From the NCBI RefSeq assembly GCF_003918875.1, contig NW_025765159.1, forward strand, positions 1,984,001-2,048,000: a stretch of 64,000 nt of DNA, read 5' to 3'. The DNA is from Haliotis rubra. Taxonomy: Eukaryota. The position numbers and the translations under genes are program-made. The notes beneath the pieces were generated by a model. The model was not told the DNA's origin. It was given only the letters and a program-made list of their open reading frames with translations, and made no database searches. Positions 12,609 through 23,552 of the stretch are shown here, one piece after another (positions within the stretch are counted from its first letter, which is position 1; each line of letters starts with the position of its first letter).

Positions 12609-13473
12609 TATACTATCCCAAAAAAGAAACGCATAGGCCAGAAATCTGTTGCGAAAATGCTGTATTTTCAAACAGGTATAACTCGTCCACAAATAGACTT
12701 TAGTACAAGAATTTTTACATCGGTATAGAAGAAGAAAATGTCTATACAACCATGTGGATCATTTTAGATAACGGAGACGTTGAGCGACATGGTGACGGCG
12801 TAGCACGGGCCCGACGTTGGGTCTCCTGGCTCTCAGTCCAATCTCTCTCAACCTTTTCCGAACAGTTTGACCGGATATCCTCCGAAGTCCAGGTACCCTG
12901 GCTGCTGTGCTCTCACCCGTGGCAGTATGAACATGCAAATGTAGTACCCGGATGTACCGATCTTGGGCTGCAGTGGAGACTCGAGGGCTCTGCCCGTACG
13001 AGGACGGTCATTTGTTATACATGGTATTGGTTGTAACGAGCTGCAAGCCGTGATATCGTGCTCAGACTAACATTCCGGCGCCTGGCAACAGAAGATTGGT
13101 AATCTCCAGCTTGAATTCTTTCAATGGCGATGTTGCGTGTCGCAGAGTCAAGACGTAGCATAGTGATTTGACCTTGAAACTCCTTCAAAATGAATGCCAA
13201 TTTCCGAAAGTAATCTGGATTTTTATTGCCAGACAATGCATGCTCTTCTACACAATTTAAACTGGAAGGTGATTTCGGTTACCTTGTGGCGATAATTTTT
13301 TTAATCCTTGAAAGAAATCTCATCAAAATCAACATTTTTTACTTGTGCAATTGTGTAAAATCATGTTATCAACATTTTTGTTACATATTTTGACGATTGT
13401 TTGAACACAAAAGGTAAATAATAGATTTTAAAAAATACAAAACGCCTATGCGTTTCCTTTTTTGGATAGTATA
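12609..13473 (-). mobile_element. Internally deleted Tc1/mariner element
   Basis: TIRs TACTATCCCAAAAAAGAAACGCATAGGC / GCCTATGCGTTTCCTTTTTTGGATAGTA, TA flanks; minus-strand peptide RNIAIERIQAGDYQSSVARRRNVSLSTISRL resembles the Tc1 paired-like HTH. Confidence 0.85.
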
Positions 13474-14388
13474 TTTGGCAAAGGATTGCACCAACTTGTG
13501 TAAAAACATCTGCTGCCTTTGTTTTTGACCTGACCAATCTCTTTTTAATGATCCTAATTTTGAATTTCTTGCTTTCTTAAAAGTCACATCTATCAATTAA
13601 TGTTAAACTAGTGATGGTATTGTTCATTAAAACTGTTGTCAATTAAATGTTCAAAGGTAGGGCTACTCATATTAATATCCCAACGCATTTAGTGACTTTG
13701 CATTAATTTCATGATTTACAATACTTCACAGGTTTAATGTGAGAGATTTAAACTAAGTGCTATATATTTTTAATTTTTAATATTTATTATTCGAAATTAG
13801 GATTTTTTAAATGTTCAGAGGAATTTCATCATTGAATTATAATTAAGCATGGAATACTCTCCTTCTATATAGGCCTATTATGAGTGAAAACCAAGACCCT
13901 TGATGGAGTCTTTGCATTAGTTATAACAATATAAAAATGAAAAATGGAAAATTTGGGGAATATCTTCGGTATTTGCTGCAGAATCCAGACTGAATATTGG
14001 TCTCTGAGAAGGTCGGGATCAATTGCTGGTACTATAGTCAATGTCAGCGAAGTATTGAAGTTTTTCTTTATATCAGCTGTATGTGAAGTCCTCATTGTAG
14101 CTGCAGATCACACCTCCATGTTTTAAAAATCAATTATACATCTGCCAATGCTTCTTTTTGAAAAACAAGATATTTTGAAATTCCACCCCCTTGAATAACT
14201 TTCTTAGGATCAAAGATAACTTTTATGAACTACTTATCCCTTAATGGTGATTGTTTCTACACTGTTGTAATTATTCTAAAACTGTCTCGGAAATCTAACA
14301 AATCTGCTTTGGAACATGACAAGGACTAACATTAATGTTGCCACTTTGTTCAGAGCTACTGTACATTCATTTAATTTCCAGTCTGTGT

Positions 14389-14744
14389 GACCGCCTCCCT
14401 GGTGTAGTGGTTAGAGCGTCCGCCCGGAGAGCAGAAGGTCGCGGGTTCGATCCCCGACCGCGTCATACCAAAAGACGTTGAAATATGGTACTTGTTGGTG
14501 CCTGCCTGGCGCCCGGCATTTATGGGTACAACAAGGACTGGTCGGCTCGGAGTCAGTATAATGTGTCTGAGTGGGGTATTCATGCTTCACTGCGGAATGG
14601 TATCTCAGTGGGCTAGCACTATAAAACCAGCTTAAGTCTGGGCTAGTACAAGCAGCCGCACATACACACACACGCGCATGCACGTCGTCATATGAGCGAA
14701 ATATTCTCAAGTACGACGTTAAACCCAATTTCATCCAACCCACC
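14389..14744 (+). mobile_element. tRNA-derived V-domain-like SINE, family C (~355 bp)
   Basis: tRNA head with GGTTCGATCCC, GTCATACCAAAAGACGTT...CCTGCCTGGCGC V-like core, TSD TCCAGTCTGT. Confidence 0.88.
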
Positions 14745-15134
14745 TCCAGTCTGTTTTATTTTGTATTGTTAATGGACAATCCATGTTGTTCGGTGATCAG
14801 GTAGTCAATTGTTGCCAGGTGTTGCAGCCAATCAGAAAGTGATTGTTGCCGTGATTTGTTTGTTGTTTTAATACAAAACATATCCATGTGTTAATATCAA
14901 GTAAATACAATGAATTTCATGTGTATGGATCGGTGTCCAGGGGTCCAGTCTACAAAGCTGTCCTTGAGCTAGGATAATTGTAACAACCTTGGACAATCGT
15001 AGCCCTATGGCCGCTTTGTGGAATTGGGCAGAGCATCGTTTATTTGTTTTTAGAGTCAACTAGCAAAATTTGGTGACCAGGGTTGTCTGGTTGCTGCATG
15101 TCATCCATTTTCGATTGTAGATTGATGCGCATGA

Positions 15135-15280
15135 CTGACTGACTGACTGAGTTTGGTTTTACGCCGCTTTTAGCAATATTCCAGCAACATCACGGCGGGG
15201 ACCACCAGAAATGGGCTTCACACATTGTACCCATGTGGGGATTCGAACCCGGGTCTTCGGCGTGATGAGCCAACGCTTTA
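15135..15280 (-). mobile_element. SINE family A inserted into a decayed family B copy (15060-15395)
   Basis: Family A reverse complement with (AGTC)n tail, flanked by ATGCGCATGA/ATGCTCATGA; family B sequence continues on both sides. Confidence 0.75.
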
Positions 15281-15960
15281 TGCTCCCCCACCACGTTATG
15301 CTCATGATGTCAGTCACTGGGTTGTATGGTCTAGACTCGAAAATTACAGACCTCTGCCATGTTGATTGAAAATTAATGGTTGTGACCTTAAACAACAGAC
15401 ACATTGTGAGATTCCTATCAGTGACAGCATTGGTACCTCACAACCGTAACCATGGTAACAGGAGTAGCTCTTGTTGGTACCATTAGTTTGTGTTATTTTG
15501 ACAGTCGTTGATAAATCATAGCGGTTGCCATACATATCAATACCATGTCAATCTTTCATCAGTTAGTACTGGTAACAATTTTGGAATTGACCATTATAAT
15601 CCAAGACATTTTTTAGTCGTTTTGGTCTTGCCACTTTTACCAATATCTAGTTCATTTTCATTATGATATTATTTGCATGCCTAAACTCAGGAAGGTATGT
15701 CTTACCATCTGTCTGGTACCACTGACCAATCACAAGGTTCCTGTTGTTAATGACATGTGTCAAGGCATCGTGCCATTATTATTATTATTATTATTATCAT
15801 GCTCATAACAAGGAAATGGAGGTATTGAGTCAGGCTGTGTTTCATCATCAAATGGAGGTATAATACTCTCGGTGATCAAGGTTGAGGATCAAAGATTCGG
15901 TGTCCTGTAAGGAGGTCCTATGTCCGAAACCAATCAGTCAGACAGCTTAGAAAAACAAAC

Positions 15961-16389
15961 TATACTACCCATCAAAAGTTTAGACTCACTGAAAGCACTC
16001 ACTATATGTTATGTATATGTATGTGGTTACATCGAAGATGAATTTCTCCACCAACTTGGGGGAACCAACTGAAAACCTTATGCAGATGAATTGCACAAGG
16101 ATGATGCTTCAAATTGCGAAAGGCATGAGCAAATGTCGTGCATGTGAACAGATTCGTTTTGGTGTAAAGTTTTGTTAAGAATTCGCCAATTTTCACAGAT
16201 TTTAATCATTTACTGAACTCATGACAATAATCTTTTCAATGTTACGAATATGTTTTACAATACACCAGTTCATAACTAAACAGTACCTTTAAACAGTATG
16301 GAATATTTTGCAAAAAGCTAGTTTAGAACAGTGGACAAGTAAGTGGCTACATTTACACTAGTGAGTCTAAACTTTTGATGGGTAGTATA
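15961..16389. mobile_element. Tc1/mariner-type MITE
   Basis: Perfect 30-bp inverted ends including TA: TATACTACCCATCAAAAGTTTAGACTCACT. Confidence 0.9.
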
Positions 16390-17117
16390 TAAGGCTGATT
16401 GTACAGAAAATGGTTTGGTAGAGTAGTTGGTGAAAGAGAAACAGAAAGAATACTTCAGAATTTTATCTAATTCTAAAGAAAATTGCGAATTTAATATAAT
16501 AAATTTGAAATATAAATTATGTAATATGTATGTTAAATAAAATGTACATTTCATAGTACTTCTCATAACGTGTGTATTCATTTTTAATTATAGAATCATG
16601 TGTATGAAATATAAACTGTTAATGTCGTCTTGATAGGTGTGATCATTCATATTTTAAAGTCGACATTATTCTCTGTGCCTGCAAGATCACATTCCATTTT
16701 ACAAAGAATATCAATACCTCGATCAACATTCTCACACTGAATGACACAGGAACAAGAACAAGAAAGATGATATTTTACAGTATGTTTTGTTAAAGTTTTG
16801 TCATGATGATTTTTATGTTTCATGAGGCTTAGATTGGATACCCCATCTTTAAATTTGGAACCGAGTGTTTTAACCTGACATCTATTGTATGTACAGTTAG
16901 ACTACCTCAGTGTCAAACGAATGTAGGTGTATCTCCTCAAGGAACTCGTTGGATGAATGTTCTGGTGATCTATTTTGCTGCCATATATGTTTTGGCCATT
17001 GCCATGCTATGTGTTAAGTTGTTAGTGAACGTGTTTGTGTGTTCAATTAAACGTTTTACAACTCTCAATTGTTTGTTCAAATTTGTTATTTTTTCTTGTG
17101 AGAGTCAGATGTAATAG

Positions 17118-17472
17118 TTATAAGGGCATTTGGAGGGGCATGCTCAAAGTGTCACAATCTGACTAATATTACCCCAGAAAACCCAAGCTGCATGTGAGGC
17201 GCTAGAAGGTTAATAGTCACATGACTTATCCCACCGGGTACCCATTTTCTGTTGGGTGAACAGAGGCAATTTTGAACAAACTCACTTGCCTAACGCGAGA
17301 CCACATTTTTCACGTGTGTTTCATTGTGGGTCAGGACTGAAGTCCAAGAAACTCCCAGGAGTCAAGCTAGTTGCCAAACACGGTCACCCATCCAAGGACT
17401 CTCCGCGCCCATTGTTGCTTAACTTCAACTGATTTGTGACCTGAGCTCTATGTACAGGACCACACACCACCA
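17118..17472 (-). mobile_element. SINE with 5S rRNA-like head and Nin/Deu-like core
   Basis: Minus strand reads GAAGTTAAGCAAC...GTCCTTGGATGGGTGACCG (5S box A/box C-like), then CTGTTCACCCAACAGAAAATGGGTACC. Confidence 0.6.
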
Positions 17473-17527
17473 CGACTACTTGACCTGGATGTGGGATGCC
17501 AGACAGTATATAGAGTGTGTGGTTTCA

Positions 17528-17936
17528 TTATCCCCCGCAATAAAGAAGTTGCGTCCATCCATGCCTCTGTGCGTCTGTCCGTGCGTCCATCACACTTTGT
17601 CTGAAGCATATCTCCTAAACTATTGGTGATAACTTAACCAAACTTGGTACACATGTCAACCATGATCCCTAGATGTACCTTTTGGGGGTTAGACCCAGAT
17701 ATGAATTATATTTATTGTTGTTTCCATGGAAACATAACTTATGCTGTGACTATGAGGATGCCATCTTGTCCGGAGCAGATCTCCTAAACTATACATGCTA
17801 GCTTCATCAAACTTGGTACATATGTCAAGCGCTATCCCTAGATGTGCCTTTTGGGGGTATAGACCCAGATATGAAGTTTATTTTTTGTGGTTTCCATGGA
17901 AACGTGACTTAGGCTGTGACTATGAGTATGTCATCT
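17528..17936 (+). mobile_element. Truncated HINE/DINE-like (Helentron-associated) element with ~168-bp internal repeats
   Basis: Start TTATCCCCCGCAA, GTCC-type microsatellite, two units containing AAACTTGGTACA. Confidence 0.65.
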
Positions 17937-19123
17937 TGTTATCCCCCGCAACGCGTTTTGCGGGGGGTATTAAAATGGACTCCGGCCCCGTCGTAAGCGT
18001 CGTCCATGCGTCCGTCGGTCCGTCCGCACTTTTTTCTTTTCCGGAGCAGAACTCTAAAACCGTTCAATATTTCTTCACCAAACTTGGCACATACATGGAT
18101 CTGATGGTGTACTGGTGCCTTTCGGTAGTTTTGGAATTCTGAATTAAATATTTTTGGCGTTTCCATGGCAACAAGTTCGACTTAGCCTGAAATTGGTGGT
18201 AGTGCTCTTTTCTGGAGCTGAACTCTAAAACCGTTCAATATGTCTTCACCAAACTTGGCACATAGATAGATCTGGTTTTGTACTGGTGCGTTTTGGTAGT
18301 TTTGGAATTCTGAATAAAATATTTTTGGTGTTTCCATGGCAACAAGTTTGACTTAGACTGAAATTGGTGGTAGTGCTCTTTTCCGGAGCTGAACTCTAAA
18401 ACCGTTCAATATTTCTTCACCAAACTTGGCACATAGATAGATCTGGTGATGTACTGGTGCCTTTTGGTAGTTTTGGAATTCTGAATAAAACATTGTTGGC
18501 GTTTCCATGGCAACAAGTTCGACTTAGACTGAAATTGGTGGTAGTGCTCTTTTCCGGAGCTGAACTCTAAAACCGTTCAATATTCCTTTTGGTAGTTTTG
18601 GAATTCTGAATAAAATATTTTTGGCGTTTCCATGGCAACAAGTTCGACTTAGACTGAAATTGGTGGTAGTGCTCTTTTCCGGAGCTGAACTCTAAAACCG
18701 TTCAATATTTCTTCACCAAACTTGGCACATAGATAGATCTGGTGGTGTACTGGTGCCTTTTGGTAGTTTTGAAATTCTGAAATTGGTGATAGTGCTGCTT
18801 TCTGGAGCAGAACTTTAAAAACCTTTCAATATTCTCCTTCCACTTTTCTATATACACACCTAAATATTTGACATAATCATAACTCGTAGACATAATCATG
18901 AAGAGTATTTTGCCATTACGGGGGATATTGATGACTTTGTCTTCTTGTTGCATTTCCATGGCAACAAGTTAGGCTTCAACTGAATTTGGTGGTAACCTTT
19001 CAATACTCTCCTTCCACTTTGCTGTATACACTCCAAAACTTTTGACATAATCATAACTAGTAGACATATTCATAAAGAGTATTTTGCCGTTGCGGGGGAT
19101 ATTGATGACTTTGTCTTCTTGTT
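17937..19123 (+). mobile_element. HINE/DINE-like element with 171-bp internal tandem array
   Basis: Sub-TIRs TATCCCCCGCAACG / CGTTGCGGGGGATA, 5' short IR, GTCC microsatellite, unit marks at 18041, 18212, 18383, 18554 then shorter units, T-rich ends. Confidence 0.8.
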
Positions 19124-19449
19124 GTTTTTGCTCCACAATCGAGGATTATGTCCTGGTGTGGACAAATCCTGGCATTTATTGTGCTAGCTCACTGAGATAC
19201 TATGCTGCAGTTTAACAGGGATGCGTGCTTGCGTGTGTGCGTGTCAGATTCATGACCATGGGTTAGAATCCTCCATATTCACTGGTTATGAACTATGGCG
19301 TTTCAGCAGAATGCCTGTACAAGTAGGTTTCAGCAAAGTGGCAGTGGATACACAATGCCATTAAGAAAGTGGTCAAATATCACAGCTATATTTGGGATTA
19401 CGCTTTCTCAGTAAAGTACAGATTCTAGTAGTGGAAAAGTAGAAAGTGG

Positions 19450-19760
19450 AATCCCAAATATAATGTGTTACATTTGACCACTTTCGAAATGGCATTATGT
19501 AATCATAGCTTTCAGCTGTGGGAGCCGGGCCAATTTACACTTATCAGTGTGGTACACAAAGTCCGTGGTCTAGACAAGCAGTTGTCTATTTCCATTTTTG
19601 TGGAAGCTGAGGTGGCTGAGTGGGCTAGATGGCTGACTTTTTGTGCTGGCGTTTAGGTGCCAGACTCTGAGAGTGTGGGATCGGATGGGACTGAACCCAA
19701 CAAAAGTACTAGAATCTGTACTTTACTGAGAAAGTGTAATCCCAAATATAACATGTTACA
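19450..19760 (+). repeat. Copy of the ~296-bp tRNA-like repeat unit
   Basis: Aligns with 33513-33950 (GGTGGCTGAGTGGG...GTACTAGAATCTGTACTTTA). Confidence 0.7.
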
Positions 19761-19897
19761 AAGTGGCAGTGGTCTAAGACTGGCACCACTTTCAGCTCTC
19801 CTGCAACATGAAGCAAGCATACTGTGACATAACTGAATACTTCCAACCACTTTCAACCAAACCTGTCTTTCAGTAACTAGAACATTGTTTCAGGTTT

Positions 19898-20068
19898 AAA
19901 GGGCCAAAACTGAAAAAGTCAAAAGGGCCAAAGAAAAGTCAAAAGGGAATTGATTCCACATATAATAAAATTATCTTATTTGAATTTTATCTATGGCCCT
20001 TTTGACTTTACTTTGGCCCTTTTGACTTTTCTTTGGCCTTTTTGACTTTTTTCAGTTTTGGCCCTTTG
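19898..20068. repeat. Short fold-back built of ~21-bp subrepeats
   Basis: AAAGGGCCAAAACTGAAAAAGTCAAAAGG mirrored by CCTTTTTGACTTTTTTCAGTTTTGGCCCTTT. Confidence 0.75.
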
Positions 20069-21312
20069 ACTACAACCCGCGGCCGTTTTAGGAAGTCCCC
20101 GCATACCACTGAAAATCCTCTTAGATCTATATTTGATTTTCTGACGCATATTGTTATCAAATTAAATGTGTGTCAGAAAAGTGTAGGTTGTGCCAGAATT
20201 GCAGTCTCACGTAGTAGCGGTTGCCTGATCTGTGAGCTGATACAACTTGTGGCTACACAGACGGCCATGTTCAAATCGTTTATCGGGAGCATCACAGAGA
20301 TTATTATCACAGTGTTATTTCGATCTCGCAGCACTTGGTTTGACTCAAACTAAATTATCATGAGAAGTTCCGAATGTTCTGATTCCGAGGGTGTAATATT
20401 AAATGCAAATATAATATTGGACTGAAAAATAAACAGTGCTAAGTGCAGTAGCAACTTCTCGCTACTTTAAATTGGACACCGATAAAAATTACCGTCCAGT
20501 GAAAAATATTTTGTCTTCTTGTTAACGAACAAGATACAGCGTAATATCTGGACAGCATAATGAAATATCAAATGGATATCTAAGCTTGTGTATTTTCAGC
20601 GTCAGTATTTAAGGTCCCCTGTGTATTTAGAGTGTCAAATCGGAACACATGCCAACAAGCGTTAATAGGTAGGACTATGTTGACAATGTGATTTACATCT
20701 TGTCAATGCCTACGTTACAGATATTGGATGCTTTTACGAAAGTAGAAAAATGAAGTGAGTGAGCGTGTAGGGCTTTACGCCGCTTTTGCCCATATTCCAA
20801 CAATATCAGGGCGGGGAAACCAGATATTGGCTTCACACATTATACCCATGTGGGGAGTCGGACCTGGGTTTTCTGCGTGACGAGCAGACGCTTTAACGAC
20901 CAGGCTTCCCACCGCCCCGAAAAATGGATGACAAATGAATGTAAGTGCAAGGTTGAAGGTAATGGAAGAGAATACCCCAAAACGTACCTGAACGGAAACG
21001 GTGAATTAGCTCATGAACGTACAATACATGACATGTGAGAATCACTGTGGGTATAAACGTTTTGTTTCCAGTGAGTGAGTTTGGTTTTATGCCGTTTTAG
21101 CAATATCATGGCGGGGACACCAGTAATGGGCTTCACACATACACCCATGTGAGGAAACGAACCCGTACCTTCGGCGTGACGAGCTTTAACCGAGAGAGCT
21201 AGGCTACCCCACCGCCCCAGTGGGGGGATTGTTTGCAAATTGAACAGCATTCTTGGAAAGTGTATCCTTTAAACATTCTTTGATGGCCTATTATCTGCCT
21301 GACGTTGATTAT

Positions 21313-21896
21313 ATCAGGGTAGAGACTGCGATCAGAGTCTCTGCTGGTGGATTCTCCGGTCCTACAAGTAGAGATTGCAATTGGAGCCTCTGAGACTCTG
21401 ATTACATAGAATAATCTATACAATCGAAATCTCAACCAGTAGCTCAAATCTAATCCTACTAGTAGAGATTGCAATTCTACAAATCCCCGCCCCTCAAAAG
21501 ATTTTTTTTTAAAATAAAAAAATGTAGAAATTAAAAAAGAAAGGAAAAACTGACAGAAAAAATGTGTTATTCCCCCCCCACAGATCATCTGCTAATAACC
21601 ACCCAACACAGTTCCCTTCAGGTGCACTAATTAATCTATTTTGGGAGGTGTTTTCAAATAGGTGGGAAATGACCAGGCAATAATATTCTTGGGTGGGGAA
21701 TTGTCCAGGTGGCGAAATGGAAGATGGGGTAAATGTATCTGTTGGACTGGAAACAGTCTAGTGTTATACCTGAATAAAATGCTTATTATTGTTAAGCAAA
21801 TAAAGTGTCTTTGTTGTTTGCCCACAGATCAATCGGAGTTTCTACCAGTTGAATTGGAAATTGTAGAGACTCCGATCGCAATCTTTACCCTGACAT
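21313..21896. mobile_element. Probable MITE with ~30-bp imperfect TIRs
   Basis: TCAGGGTAGAGACTGCGATCAGAGTCTCT / AGAGACTCCGATCGCAATCTTTACCCTGA; TSD unresolved. Confidence 0.6.
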
Positions 21897-22449
21897 ATAT
21901 AACGTGACACATTCGATATGCGGTGTTGTGATTTAAACAATATATACATACTAGCTGCAACACGCACCGATACGACCCAATGGGAAACATATAATTGATT
22001 AAAATGGGTCCCCTACAAATTGCCATTTATAATTAATACGGGAAAATGACAAACGTTCAGCGTGCAACAGCTTTTAACTTTCCGACATGATTTTAATTTC
22101 AGATTTTTATTGCTTAACATTATACATATATTAAATGAATTCCGTTTCCGAAAAACACTGAACCTGTTGTCTGTTCCGTTTAGTCAATAATGTCGGCGTG
22201 GCCGACTTTTATAAGTGGGAGAAACACACGTAAAATCCCCACGATCGGAACATACCGATGCCTATCGTAAAATCGATTTCGCAGAACGCTAAGTTTTCCG
22301 TCAGTCCAGCTGAGTATGGCAACTACAAGCAAGTGGGTGCTATGTCTGTTGCCAGTGGTAGTAAGTCCGTTACTGTGTCGAGGCACTGCACTCGCATGTT
22401 GACACAGTGGCCTATATACTCACTGCGTAAAATAATGCAACACGAGATG

Positions 22450-22693
22450 GGTGAGTGAGTTTAATTTTACTTCGCACTCAGCAATATTCCAGCTATATGG
22501 CCCCGGTCTGTAAATAGTCGAGTCTGGGTCAGACAATCCAGTGATCAACAGCATGAACATCGATCTGCGCACATTGGGAACCGATGACATGTGTCAACCA
22601 AGTCAGCGAGGCTAACCACCCGATCCCGTTAGTCGCCTCTTACGACAAGCAGGGGTTGCTGAAGGTACATTATAACCCGTACCTTCACGGGTA
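22450..22693 (-). mobile_element. Full-length SINE-like family B copy
   Basis: 12-bp TSD CAACACGA(G/A)ATG; complete head to (ACTC)n tail. Confidence 0.9.
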
Positions 22694-23361
22694 CAACACG
22701 AAATGACACAGTTCTGAGATTTTCCTGTGTACAAGCCTGATTTGGTTTATTTGTAATTAAGGAAATTTGCAATAGCTCTCGTTTATTTAAGTTTTCTTGT
22801 TCTTGTAATTATATAACACATTCAACTTGAATTTGATGTCATAGCGTTTGTTTACACATGTCCGACCAGGACCTTATTAGACCACTGGAAATATAACAGG
22901 ACCAACTGTTCACCACATAAAATGTTTGCCATAAACCAATCTGGGTCATTTGATAGCCTTGTGGTTAAAGCGTTTTCTCTTTACACTAAAGAGACCTGGG
23001 TTCGATTCATAAGGTGCTGGGTATTAGCCCTTGGAAGATATACTCTCTAACTCCAAATCAAATTCACACCCAGTCACGGGAGGCGCCCGCACAAATCACG
23101 TGTAAGATCGTGTAATACTTTCCCAATGCTGTCACCGAGATTAGAGCCACGCAACATATGTTATATTTGGGATTACACTTTCAGTAAAGTACAAGTAAAA
23201 GACCACTTCCAGTATACTTTACCACAGAAAGTTGTAAACCAATTTGTCCATAGGTGGCGAAATAAGATGGGGTAAATGATATTGTGTAATCAGAGATTAG
23301 AGCCGTTCAAATAAAGTGAACGTGGCCAAATAACCATTGGGCATGTGGCCAAATCCGCGTT

Positions 23362-23552
23362 NNNNNNNNNNNNNNNNNNNNNNNNNNNNNNNNNNNNNNN
23401 NNNNNNNNNNNNNNNNNNNNNNNNNNNNNNNNNNNNNNNNNNNNNNNNNNNNNNNNNNNNNNNNNNNNNNNNNNNNNNNNNNNNNNNNNNNNNNNNNNNN
23501 NNNNNNNNNNNNNNNNNNNNNNNNNNNNNNNNNNNNNNNNNNNNNNNNNNNN
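23362..23552. other. Assembly gap (191 N)
   Basis: Run of N. Confidence 1.

Noticed and set aside
14389-14460. Functional tRNA genes at SINE A and C heads
   Set aside because: They continue into SINE bodies with TSDs and lack a proper acceptor stem and terminator.
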